Source: the human T2T-CHM13v2.0 reference genome, Homo sapiens. Taken from it: DNA of 64,000 bases. The DNA lies in NCBI RefSeq assembly GCF_009914755.1, contig NC_060927.1, one strand, 5' to 3'. The notes under the pieces are model-generated. The model had not been told where the DNA came from and did not search any database. It worked only from the letters and a program-made list of their open reading frames with translations. The position numbers and the translations under genes were made by a program. This document shows positions 43,800-56,800 of the stretch, piece by piece (positions within the stretch are counted from its first letter, which is position 1; each line of letters starts with the position of its first letter).

Positions 43800-44786
43800 T
43801 TTCTTAGTCCATTTGGGCTGCTTAACAAAATATCTTACAAATTGGTAATTTGTAACAACTAAGATTTATTGCTCACAGTTCTGGAGGCTAGAAAGTCCAA
43901 AATCAAGGTCTCAGGAGATTCAGTGTCTGTCTCTCTGCTTTGCTCTCTGCTTCAAATATAGCACCTTCTAGCTTTGTTTGCGATTGGCAGAAGGAGTGAA
44001 CAAACTCCCTCAGAATTCTTTTATGAGAAAATGAATTCCATTCATAATGGCGGAATCCTCCCAAAGACCCAGTCACCTTCCCAAGGCCCCAACTCTTAAT
44101 ACCATCACCTTGAGGATTAGATGGTCTGAATTTGGGGAAACACAAAAATTCAGACCATAACATTGTGACCTTGCTTCCCAAAATTTATGTCTTTCTCATA
44201 TGCAAAATACATTCTTTTGATTCTAATAGCTCCAAAAGTCTTAAAACATTTTAGCATTAACTCAAAAGTTTAACGTTCAAAGTCTCATCAAAATATCATC
44301 TGGGCTGGATGTAGTGGCTTACGCCTGTAATCCCAGCACTTCGGGAGGCCAAGGCAGGTGGATCACCTGAGGTCAGGAGTTTGAGACCAGCCTGGCAAAC
44401 ATGGTGAAACCCCATCTCTACTAACATTGTAAAAATTAGCTGTGCGTGATGGCACGTGCCTGTAATCCCAGCTACTAGGGATACTGAGAATCGCTTGAAT
44501 CCAGGAGGCAGAGGTTGCAGTGAGTTGAGATTGTGCCATTGCACTCCAGCCTGGGTGACAGAGTGAAACTCCATCTCAAAAAAAAAAGTCACCTGAATCA
44601 TATATGGGTGAGACTCAAGGTATGATTCATTCTGAGGCAGGTTTCTTCTCCAACTGTTACCTTATGAAATCAAACAAGTTATATGTTTCCAAAATACAAT
44701 GGTGGGATCAGCACAAGGTAAACATACCCATTCTAAAGGGAAGAATTAGGAAAAAAGAAAGGGATAATAGCTCCAAAGTAAGTCCC
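43800..44786 (-). mobile_element. MaLR (MLT1A-like) LTR 43800-44162 plus partial internal region, interrupted by an Alu and cut off at an L1
   Basis: cttagtccatttgggctgc...gctcacagttctggaggct...ttcagaccataaca, followed by MaLR-int-like sequence similar to 18623-18860. Confidence 0.78.
44303..44587 (+). mobile_element. Alu (AluS-like)
   Basis: Dimeric Alu with a short right-arm deletion; degenerate TSD (atcatctg / gtcacctg). Confidence 0.9.
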
Positions 44787-47700
44787 ATAAAACTCCCATC
44801 TCCCTGGGACAGAGCACCTGGGGGAAGGGGTGGCTGTGGGCACAGTTTCAGCAGACTTAAATGTTCCTGCCTGCTGGCTCTGAAGAGAGAAGTGGATCTC
44901 CCAGCACAGCGCTTGAGCTCTGCTAAGGGACAGACTGCCTCCTCAAGTGGATCCTTGACCCATGTGCCTCCTGACTGGGAGACACTAGCTGGCATGGGTC
45001 GACAGACACCTCATACAGGAGAGCTCTGGCTGGCATCTGGAGGGTGTCCCTCTGGGACAAATCTTCCAAGGAAGGAACAGGCAGCAATCTTTGTTGTTCT
45101 GCTGCCTCCACTAGTGATACCCAGGCAAACAGGTTCTGGAGTGGACCACCCAGCAAACTCCAGCAGACCTGCAGCAGAGGGACCTGACTATTAAAAGGAA
45201 AACTAACAAACAGAAAAAAATAGCATCAACATCAACAAAAAGGACATTCACACAAAAACCCCATCTGAAGGTCACCAACATCAAAGACCAAAAGTAGATG
45301 AATCCACGAACATGAGGAAAAACCAGCACAAAACGATGAAAATTCCAAAAACAAGAAAGCCTCTTCTCCTCTAAATCATCACAATTCCTCACCAGCAAGG
45401 GAACAAAACTGAATGGAGAATGAGTTTGACGAATTGACAGAAGTAGGCTTCAGAAGGCAGGTAATAACAAACTCCTCTGAGCTAAAGGAGCATGTTCTAA
45501 CCCAATGCAGGGAAGCTAAGAACCTTGAGAAAAGGTTAGAGGAACAGCTAAGTAAGATAACCAGTTTAGAGAAGAAGATAAATGACCTGATGGAGCTGAA
45601 AAATACAGCACGTGAAGCATACACAAGTATAAATAGCCAAATTGATCAAGTAGAAGAAAGGATATCAGAGATTGAAGATCAACTTAATGAAATAAAGCGT
45701 GAAGAAAGGATTAGAGCAAAAAGAATGAAAAGGAATGAACAAAGCCTCCAAGAAATATGGGACTATGTGAAAAGACCAAACCTATGTTTGATTGGTGTAC
45801 CTGAAAGTAACAGGGAGAAGGGAACAAAGCTGGGAAACACTCTTCAGGATATTATCCAGGAGAACTTCCCCAACCTAGCAAGACAGGCAACATTCAAATT
45901 CAGGAAATACAGAGAATATCACAAAGATACTCCTTGAGAGAGAAACCACAAGACACATACTTGTCAGATTCACCAAGGTTGAAATGAAGGAAAACATGTT
46001 AAGGGCAGCCAGAGAGAAAGGTCAGGTTACCCACAAGGGAAAGCCCATCAGACTAACAGAGGATCTCTCTGCAGAAACCTTACAAGCCAGAAGAGAGTAG
46101 GGGCCAATATTCAACACTCTTAAAGAAAAGAATTTTCAACTCAGAATTTCATATCTAGCCAAACTAAGCTTCATAAGCAAAGGAGAAATAAAATCCTTTA
46201 CAGACAAGCAAATGCTGAGAGATTTTGTCCCCACCAGGCCTGCCTTACAAGAGCTCCTGAGGAAAGCTGAGGCAGATTCTTCTCCAACTGTGAGCTTATG
46301 AAATCAAACAAGTTATATGTTTCCAAAATACAATGGTGACATCAGCACAAAGTAAACATACCCATTCTAAAGGAAGAATTAGGAAAAAAGAAAGGGGAAA
46401 TAACTCCAAAGTAAGTCCCATAAAACTCCCATGGAGTTTTGGAAAGAAAAAACCGGTACTAGCCACTGCAAAAACATACCAAATTGTAAAGACCATCGAC
46501 ACTAAGAAGAAACTGCCATCAACTAACAGGCAAAATAACCAGCTAGCGTCATAATGACAGGATCAAATTTACACATAACAATATTAACCTTAAATGTAAA
46601 TGGGCTAAATGCCCCAATTAAAAGACACAGACTGGCAAATTGGATAAAAAGTCAAGACCCATTGGTGTGCTATATTCAGGAGACCCATTGTATGTGCAAA
46701 GACACACATAGGCTCAAAATAAAGGGATGGAGGAATGTTTACCAAGCTAATGGAAAGCACAAAAAAAAAAAAAAAAGATTGCAATCTTAGTCTCTGATAA
46801 AACAGACCTTAAACAACCAAAGATCAAAAAAGACAAACAAGGGCATTACATAATAGTAAAGGGATCAATGTAGCAAGAAGAGCTAACTATATATATGCAC
46901 CCAATACAGAAGTACCCAGATTCATAAAGCAAGTTCTTAGAGACAGACAAAGAAACTCAGACTCCCACACAATAATAGGGAGACTTTTACACCCCACTGT
47001 CAATATTAGACTAATCAACAAGACAGAAAATTAATAAGGATATTCTGGACTTGAACTCAGCTCTGGAACAAGTGGACCTAATAAACATCTACAGAACTCT
47101 CCACCCCACATCAATGAATATACATTCTTCTCAGCACCACAATGCACTTATTCTAAAATTGACCACATAATTGGAAGTAAAACACTCCTCAGCAAGTGCA
47201 AAAGAACGGAAATCATAATAAACAGTCTCTCAGACCACAGTGCAATCAAGTTAGAACTCAAGATTAAGAAACTCACTCAAAACCATGCAACTACATGGAA
47301 ACTGAACAACCTTTTCCTAAATGACTACTGGGTAAGTAATGAAATTAACGCAGAAATAAATAAGCTCTTTGAAACCAATGAGAACAGACACAACGTACCA
47401 GAATCTCTGGGACACAGCTAAAGCAGTGTTTAGAGGGACATTTACAGCACTAAATGCTTACAAGAGAAAGCAGGAAAGATCTAAAATTGACACCCTAATA
47501 TCACAATAAAAAGAGCTAGAAAAGCAAGAGCAAAAATATTCAAAAGCTAGCAGAAGAAAAGAAATAACTAAAATCAGAGCAGAACTGAAGGTGATAGAGA
47601 CATGGAAAACCCTTCAGAAAATCAATGAATCCAGGAGCTGGTTTTTTGAAAAGATTAACAAAATAAATAGACCACTAGCCAGATGAATAAAGAAGAAAAG

Positions 47701-50516
47701 ATAGAAGAATCAAACAGGAACAATAAAAAATGATAAAGGGGATATCACCTCTAATCCCACAGAAATACAAGCTACCATCAGAGAATACTATAAACTAGTA
47801 TTTCTAGTTTATAATAAACTAGAAAATCTAGAAGAAATGGATAAATTCCTGGACTCATATACCCTCGCAAGACTAAACCAGGAAAAAGTCAAATCCCTGA
47901 ACAGACCAATAACAAGTTCTAAAATTGAGGCAGTAATTAATAGCCTACCAACCAAAAAATGTCCAGGAGCAGGTGGATTCACAGCCGAATTCTACCAGAG
48001 GTACAAAGAGGAGCTGGTACCATTTCTTCTGAAACTATTCAAAACAATAGAAAAAGAGGGATTCCTCCTTAACTCATTTTATGTGGCCAGCATCACCCTG
48101 ATACCAAAACCTGGCAGAGACACAACAAAAAAAGAAAATGTCAGACCAATATCCCTGATGAACATCGATGCGAAAATCCTCAATAAAATACGGGCAAACC
48201 GAATCCAGCAGGACATCAAAAAGCTTATCCACCACGATCAAGTTGGCCTCATACCTGGGATGCAAGGTTGCTTCAACATGTGCAAATCAATAAACGTAAT
48301 CCATCACATAAACAGAACCAATGACAACCACTTGATTATCTCAATAGATGTAGAAAAGACCTTTGATAAAATTCAACAGCCCTTCAGGCTAAAAACTCTC
48401 AATAAACTAGTAATTGATGGAACGTATCTCAAAATAATAAGAGCTATTTATGAGAAACCCACAGCCAATATCATACTCAATAGGCACAAGCTGGGAGCAT
48501 TCCCTTTGAAAACTGACACAAGATAAGGATGCGGTCTCTCACCACTCCTGTTCAACATTAATATTGGAAGTTCTGGCCAGGGCAATCAGGCAAGAGAAAG
48601 AAATAAAGGGTATTCAAATAAAAAGGGAGGAAGTCAAATTGTCTCTGTTTGCAGATGACATGATTGTATATTTAGAAAACCCTATCGTCTCAGCCCCAAA
48701 TCTCCTTAAGCTGATAAGCAACTTCAACAAAGTGGCAGGATACAAAATCAGTGTGCAAAAATCACTACAATTCCTATACAACAACAACAGACAAAGAGAG
48801 TGAACTCTCATTCACAGTTGCTACAAAGAGAATAAAATACCTAGGAGTACCACTTAGAAGGGATGTGAAGGACCTCTTCAAGGAGAACTACAAACCACTG
48901 CCCAAGGAAATAAGAGAGGACACAAACAGATGGAAAAACATTCCGTGCTCATAGATTCAATGCTATCCCCATCAAGCTACCATTGACTTTCTTCACAAAA
49001 TTATAAAAAAGTACTTTAAATTTCATATGGAACCAAAAGAGAGCCCGTATAGTTAAGATAATCCTAAGCAAAAAGAACAAAGCTGGAGGCATCATGCTAC
49101 CTGACTTCGAACTATACTACAAGGCTACAGTAACCAAAACAGCATAATACTGGTACTAAAACAGATATATAGACCAATGGAACAGAACCAAGTTCTCAGA
49201 AATAACACCACACATTTACAACCATCTGATCTTTGACAAACCTGACGAAAACAAGCAATGGTGAAAGAATTCCCTATTTAATAAATGGTGTTGGGAAATC
49301 TGGCTAGCCATATGCAGAAAACTGAAATTAGACCCTTTCCTTAGACCTTATACAAAAATTAGCACAAGATGGATTAAAGACTTAAACATAAGACCTGAAA
49401 CTATAAAAGCCCTAGAAGAAAACCTAGGCAATACCATTCAGGACATAGGCATGGGCAAAGACTTCATGACTAAAACATCAAAAGCAATGGTAACAAAGCC
49501 AAAATTGACAAATGGGATCTAATTAAACTAAAGAGCTTCTGCACAGCAAAAGAAACTATCATCGGAGTGACCAGGCAACCTACACACTGGGTGAAAATTT
49601 TTGCAATCTATCCATCTGACAAAGGTCTAATATCTAGAATCTACAAAGAACTTTAACAAATTTACAAGAAAAAAACAACCCCATCAAAAAGTTGGCAAAC
49701 GATAGGAACAGACACTTCTCAAAAGAAGACATTTATGCAGCCAACAAATATATGAAAAAAAGCTCATCATCACTGGTCATTAGAGAAATGCAAATTAAAA
49801 TCACAATGAGATATTATCTCACGCCAGTTAGAATGGTGATTATTAAAAAGTCAGGAAACAACAGATGCTGGAGAGGATTTGGAGAAATAGGAACGCTTTT
49901 ACACTGTTCGTGGCAGTGTAAATTTGTTCAACCATTGGGGAAGACAGTTGTGGCGATTCCTCAAGGATCTCAAACCAGAAATATTATTTGACCCAGCAAT
50001 CCCATTACTGGATATATACCCAAAGGATTATAAATCATTCTGCTATAAAGACACATGCACACATGTGTTTATTGCAGCACTGTCCACGATAGCAAAGACT
50101 TGTAACCAACCGAAATGCCCTTCAATGATAGACTGGATAAAGAAAATGTGGCACATATACACCATGGAATACTATGCAGCCATGAAAATGTATGAGTTCA
50201 TGTCCTTTGCAGGGACATGGATGAAGCTGGAATCCATTCTCAGCAAACTAACACAGGAACAGAAAACCAAACACTGCATGTTCCCACTCATAAGTGGGAG
50301 CTGAGCAATGAGAACACATGGACACAGGGAGGGGAACATCACACACTGGGACCTGTCAGGGGATGGGGTGCTAGGGGAGGGGTAGCATTAGGAGAAGTGC
50401 CTAATGTAGATGATGGGTTGATGGGTGCAGCAAACCCCCATGGCACATGTATACCTAGGTAACAAACCTGCACATTCTGTACATGTATCCCAGAACTTAA
50501 AGTATAATAAAAAAAG
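44787..50516 (+). mobile_element. Near-full-length L1 (L1PA7-like) with partial 5' UTR and disrupted ORF1/ORF2
   Basis: ORF-track peptides are ORF1p (45413-45937) and ORF2p fragments (MTGSNLHITILTLNVNGLNAPIKR at 46554; RT motif FADD in 48564-48803); 3' UTR and poly-A at about 50505-50516. Confidence 0.95.
46267..46440 (+). repeat. Ectopic 166-bp copy of 44632-44799 inserted in the L1, followed by an 8-nt snap-back
   Basis: Direct alignment by eye shows about 11 differences; ends aaaactcc-cat-ggagtttt. Confidence 0.95.
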
Positions 50517-51305
50517 AATAACTGAAAGATATATATTGATTATTACCATATTATATACTTGAATACACATTAAAGCGTAATAGATTGATTTCATCTAATG
50601 AATGCAAACAAAGCATTTATATATAATAAAAAGGGAAAAGCAGAGAGAGAAAAACCACGGCCACTTTCTAAACAATGAATTTTCTATTTTTTTTTCATTG
50701 TGAGATGCTAATGAGTTAGCAGCCGGCCAAAAGACCAGTCAGGGTATTTGCTTTTGGACAGCTGTATGAATCATCAACTAAACTGATTTCATTTATTTCT
50801 AGCTTTTCCAAAAGGCTTTAGCTGTTCAGTTTGTCGCACATATATGGAAGACATTTTCTGTATTATTTATGTCATTATCATTTAGTAGTATGCCTGTCTG
50901 AATTACACCAGGTCTTTATCATTCTTCTTCTTATAATTTCTCAATTTCACCCTTTTGGTCAAACTCAACCCCCAAGCTGACTGACCATGAGGGCCTCAGT
51001 CTCTTTATAGAACAGATTATTAGTTATATAGTACCTCATTACAATGCCTATGTAGCAGCATTTCAGTATCTGGACATTAGACATTAAGGGGGGAAAAAAG
51101 CATAAGACAATCATGATTATTATAAGAAATATGTGGAAACCACTTGATGTTCTAAATCCTGGTTGGCCGAAGTCTAACTAGGAAAATAATTTTCAAGGAT
51201 TAATGTGGTTAACTTTAGTTAACTCAGTGGCCTTACTATTCCATTCACTATTAATTGTTTACTCTTTTGAAGAACATATCAAGGGGCAACTGTTAAGTCA
51301 GAAAC

Positions 51306-51830
51306 TGTGAAGGGTCTAAGATGTTTCCCTCTTAGAAAATAGTAAATTTGTCTGCGACAGTATTATATGTGTGTGTGTGTATATATATATATGTATATAT
51401 ATATATAGACAGAAAATAGTCCTCTGGGTCAGAACAAAGATAGTTTATTAGTGACAGCAAAAGCAGCAGCTTAGTGCAAGATCTTGCATCAGTTCTCTGA
51501 GCCCACAGGGGAACATGGTGAGTGGCAGATGGTACTTGCATGTGCAACTGGGTGCATAATAAAAGAGGAACTCCAAGTTTTAAAAACTCACATCTTATGT
51601 AGGTCTGCTGGTGAACTGCCCATTTATCTTTACTCTGGAACATAAGCAAATATTCTCTGGGGAAGAAGAGAGGTTTTTTATCTCTACTACCCTGAAATGT
51701 CTCAAAGTAGGGAGATGCCCCTAAGCTTTACTATTCTGGGATGTCTCTTTATACAAACATAACTGTAAATGCCTTCACTAAAAGGACTGTGCAGTACAGT
51801 GAAGTACTAATGGAGAATGGTCTACCAATT
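51306..51830 (-). mobile_element. ERVL-type solo LTR (MER77/MER68-like) with an internal (TG)n(TA)n microsatellite
   Basis: tgtgaagggtctaagat...ctctgggtcagaacaaagatagtttatt resembles the recalled consensus; right boundary approximate. Confidence 0.55.
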
Positions 51831-52189
51831 GTAATGTGACCAGTTGTACATTATTATTTAGGATTAATTGTGCCAGTTTGTTTATATTAGCCTGTGAGAT
51901 CCTTAGACTTAAGTTGTGTTACTTGCCATTTGAGTCTATGTTTAGAAGTAAATTGCATATCTCACGTTTCAGTTTAAGAATTTTTTGCTGGAATAGAATT
52001 CTTGTAAGAACCTTTGAAATTCAGTCTTGTTCCCCTTTGGATATGTTGTGATATTGGGCTTTTGATAAAATATGAGTAGTCACTCATATTGAGGGTTTTG
52101 CTCTGAACTTGGAAAGATAATATAACAAATTTAAGAACTGAAAACTGGTCTTACTCTTTCAGTGTATGTTTCCTAAGAAGAAGAGCTTT

Positions 52190-53515
52190 TTTTTTTTTTT
52201 TTACATCATAAGCATAGTGTATTTTTTAAATTAAGAAATTCAACATTGATTCAGGACTATTTTCTACTTCACATACCATATTAAATTTCTAGATATGTCC
52301 CAATAATGTCATTTATATTGTCTATTCACAGAACAGAATCAAATCCAGGATCTGGCATTGCTTTTAGTTTTCATTTCTTCTTAGTCTCCTTTAATCGGGG
52401 GCAGTTCTTCAGCATTTTTTTTTTAGATGGTGTCTCGCTCTATTGCCCAGACTGGAGTACAGTGGCACGATCTCAGCTAACTGCAACCTTCACCTCCTGG
52501 GTTCAGGCAATTCTCATGCCTCAGCCTCCTGAGTAGCTAGGATTACAGGCATGCACCACCACACCCAGCTAATTTTTGTATTTTTAGTAGAGATGGTGTT
52601 TTGCCACGTTGACCAGGCTGGCCTTGAACTCCTGACCTCATGTGATCCGCCCACCTAGGCCTCCCAAAGTGCTGAGATTACAGGCGTGAGCCACTGTGCC
52701 TGACCCAGCATTTATTTTTTAACCTTCATATTTTTAGAGTACAGCCAATTATATTGTTAACTGTACCTCAGCTGAGTTTGTCTGATATTTCCTCATGATG
52801 AGAGTAAATTAAGCATTTTGGCAGGAATACCACAGAAACAAGGTAATGTCTTCTCAGTTTATCTTATCAGAAGGTACATGATCATGGATTGTCCTAATTT
52901 TAGTGGTGCTAATTTTGATTGCTTGTTAAGGTGATATCTACCAGGTTTCTCCACTATAAAGTTGCTGTTTCCCTTCATAGATAATAGTTTGTGGGGAGAT
53001 ACTTGAAAGTTTTTAAACTTCTTACTCATCAAACTTTCACCCATTACATTTAGCATCCATTGGTTATTCTCTGTTACCCTTCTATATTTATAAGTTAGAT
53101 TCTACTATTAAGAGACCATAACTCCCTATCCTATATAAACATTTATTTACTTGTTTACTATATAAGTATGAAATCTTAGATTTGCATTTTATTCAGTGAG
53201 TTAAGATCTGTTTCTATCATTTGTGCCTGTGATGCTCTAATTCTTCCAGATTTGACCATATGGAACCCCATCAAAATGGCTTCTATGTCCTTTTGATATG
53301 TTCCCATCGTTTTTTAGCAGTTTGTTATTTTCCAGTACAATGTGATGTTCAATATGTATCTTGTATATTCTTTAGTCTACCCCTGGAATCAGCTATCTTA
53401 GTCTTCTTTTACTGGAGAATGTTATTTAGAAAACAATGTCTGGGCACAATAGATGCTCATTTCTATTGTTGTCATTGCCTCTAGCCCCTATCAGTATACA
53501 AAGCTAAGAAAAAAC
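52190..53515 (-). mobile_element. L1MC-like 3' fragment
   Basis: attttggcaggaataccacagaa...ggtttctccactataaagtt...gtggggagatacttgaa. Confidence 0.7.
52415..52705 (-). mobile_element. Alu (AluS-like), antisense
   Basis: Dimeric Alu; cagcattt on both flanks. Confidence 0.92.
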
Positions 53516-53697
53516 AAACATTGAACACTTTTTGATATATATGAGATACAATTTTAAAGGATATATAGAGGTTATAATTTTGAAGTAGATTATCAATTTA
53601 TTCTTTTATATTCTTGCTTTTGGATTCTTCTAAGAAATCTTTTTATCATGAATGTCTTGTGAATTCAGTCAAATCCTTTTACTGCATCAATTAAAAC

Positions 53698-53888
53698 TGT
53701 ATTAGTCCATTCTCAAACTACTCTAAAGACATGTCTGAGATTGGGTAATTTATGAAGAAAAGAGGTTTAATTTACTCACAGTTCTGCAGGCTGTGCTGGA
53801 AGCAAAGCTGGGAGGCCTCAGGAAACTTACAATCATGGTGGAAGGTGAAGGGGAAGCAAGCACATCTTACTATGGTGGAACAGGAGAT
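53698..53888 (-). mobile_element. Truncated MSTA/THE1-type MaLR LTR
   Basis: tgtattagtccattctc...aagaggtttaatttactcacagttc...ggaggcctcaggaaacttacaatcatggtggaagg. Confidence 0.82.
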
Positions 53889-53889
53889 A

Positions 53890-56800
53890 TTTGTCCATTT
53901 TAAAATTTTCTTCCTGTGATTGATTTCTAGTTTTATACTATTGTGATCAGGAAAGGTACTTGATATGATTTCAATCAGCTAAGATTTGGTCTAACATGTT
54001 ATCTTTTCTGAAGAATGTCTCACATGTGCTGGAGAAGAATGTGTATTCTTCTGCTGTTGAATGGAATATTCTGTATGTGTCCGTTAGATCCATCTGCACT
54101 AACATATAGTTCAGGTCCAATTTTCTTTACTGATTTTTTGTCTAGATAATGTATCTATTGTTGAAAGTGAGAGTGTTGAAATGCCCTACTTTTATTGAAT
54201 TGCCATTTGTATCTCCCTTCAGTTGTGTTAATATTTGCTTTACATATTTAGGTATTCTGATATTGGGCACATATGTATTCATAGTTGTTATATCTTCTTG
54301 ATGGATTGACTTCTTTATTGTTATTTAATGATCCTCTTTGTCTTATGACAGTTTTTAACTTAAAGTCTGTTCTCTTCTGATATAATTAAGCTACCTCTGC
54401 TCTATTTTAGCTTCCATTTTTATAGAAATTCATGTTCATCCCTTCACTTTCAGCCTATGTGTAAGGCTAAAGTTAATCTCTTGTAGGCAGCATATAGTTG
54501 GATCTTAATTTTTGATCCATTCAGCCACTCTTCCTTTTGTTTGGAGAATTTAAACAATTTACATTTAAAGTAATGATTAGTAGGTACAAATTTACAATGC
54601 TATTTTTATTTTCTGGTTATTTTTAATGGATTCTTTGTCCTTCCTTTCTTGCTTGCTGTGTTCCCTTGTGCTTTGTTGATTTTCTGTAGTGATATGCTTT
54701 GATTCTTTTCTCTTTATCTCATATATACCTACTATGTTTCTGTTTTACAACTACGATGAGGTTTACGTGGAACATCTTATACTTAATAACAGTCTATTTA
54801 GAAATGATAACAACTCAACTTCAATTTCATTCAAAATCTCTACCATTTTACCTGTCACTCTCCTCCAGCACACATTTTATATTTATATATATTTTATATT
54901 GTGAATTTATTAACAAAACAACAAAATATTATACCTATAGTTACTTTTAATACTTTTGTCTTTTGACCTTTATACTGGACTTAAAGTTGATTTATACACC
55001 ATCATTTCAGTACTACAATATTGTGAATTTAACTATAAATTTACATTTATAAGTATATTTTATGCTTTTATATGATTTCATGTTACTAATTAACACCCTT
55101 CCATTTTAGCTTAATTTAAGATCCCTTTAGCATTTCTTGTAAGACAGGTCTAGTGGTGATGAACTTCATCATCACTTTTGTTTGTCTGTGAAAGTATCTC
55201 TCCTTCATTTCTGAAGAACAATTTTGCTAGATACGGTATTGTTGGATGGCAGTTTTTTTTTTTTCTTTTTGCGCTTTGAATAAATCATCCCATTCTCTGG
55301 TGCTGTATGGTTTCTGCTGAGAAGTGTTCTGTTAGCACTATTACTGTTCCCTTGTATGTAACAAGTTACTATTCTCTTACTGCTTTCAATTTTTTTTAAT
55401 GTTTGGCAGTTTGATTATAATGTGTCTGTGTGAAGCTGTCTTTTGGATTGAATCTGTTTGGGAACCTTTGAACTTCATAAATCTGGATATGTATATTTCT
55501 CTCAAGGTTATCAAAGTTTTCAACCATTATTTCTTTAAATGTACTCTCTGTCCCTTTCTCTCTCTTCCTCTGAATCTCCCATAATGTGACTATTGGTTCT
55601 CTTGATAGTGTTCAATAAGGGTTTCTTTTCTGTTTTTTGTTATTTTCAGTGTTCTATAGGGTTTCTTTCCTCTTTTCTATTCTTATCTATTTTTTGTACT
55701 CTGATAGTATAATTTCAAAAGATCTGTCTTCAAGTTTTCAAATTTTTTCTTTTGCTTGATCAAGTCGGCTAGCAGAGCTCTCTACTGCATTTTTTCTTTC
55801 ATTCATTATTCTTTTAGCTCCAGAATTTCTACTTGGTTCTTTTTTGTGATTTCTTTTTGTTGAACTTTAAATTTTATTCACGTATTATTTTCCATTGTTT
55901 CTTGAGTTGTCTGTTTACTCTTGTGTCTTGCTCAGCTTGAGCTTCCTTAAAAGAATTAAAATAATTATTTTGAATTTGAAAAATAATTATTTTGAATCAT
56001 TTTTCAGATAACTAATAGATCTCCATTTTGTTGAGGTCAGTTCCTGGATAGCTATTGTGTTCCTTTGCCAGTGTTATCATTCCCTGCTTTTTTGTGTTTT
56101 TAGTGAACTTGCATTGATGTTTGTATATTTGAGGCAACAAGTCACCTGATCTGGTCTTTTTGAAGTAGATACAGTGGGGAAATGCTTTCAGCTGTGAATG
56201 GCTACAAGGGCACCAGCTGGATGGGGTGCAACATCTCCTGTTTTAAGAAAGACACAGGTATGGTCTCAATGCAGTTTAATCAGCCGAAGTCAGTGTTGGC
56301 AAATACTGCAGGTATCCATGGCAGAAGCCAAAGTTGCAGATGTCTGTAGTAACTGTAGTGGTTAAGGCTGTTAAGGTCCTCAGTATTGAAAGCTGTTGAG
56401 TTTCTCCTATTCAACTTTTATCTCACATAGGGAAGTTCCAGCCAAAGTGATTCCTCTTGGCACTAAGTCTGATGTGCTGGCACACATGCAGCTGTGGTGG
56501 TGTTGGGATCCTGGCCACTGGTGCACAGTCAGCAATGCTGGTTCTGGGTGCAGGTGCCCAGAGCAGCCATGAAGCCAGGGCTCTGTGGTCAGAGGCACAT
56601 GTAACTGAGGTGGTGCCTGGGGCACAGGTGCATTTTTTTTATTTGGCATTGACACCAATGTCTGAGGCCTGGGCATATACAGATTGCCTATAGAGTAAGA
56701 ACCTGTGTCATCTTTGGGGAATGCCATGATGACTTGGTCCCAGGGGTGATGAGACATAGTAATAGCATGGAACATAGCAGTAACGTGGGTCCAGCGACAA

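Noticed and set aside
44604-50462. Longest ORFs in the track (196, 174, 229 aa etc.) as novel genes or an active reverse-transcriptase system
   Set aside because: They are fragments of L1 5' UTR, ORF1p and ORF2p broken by stops, frameshifts and deletions; the element is dead.
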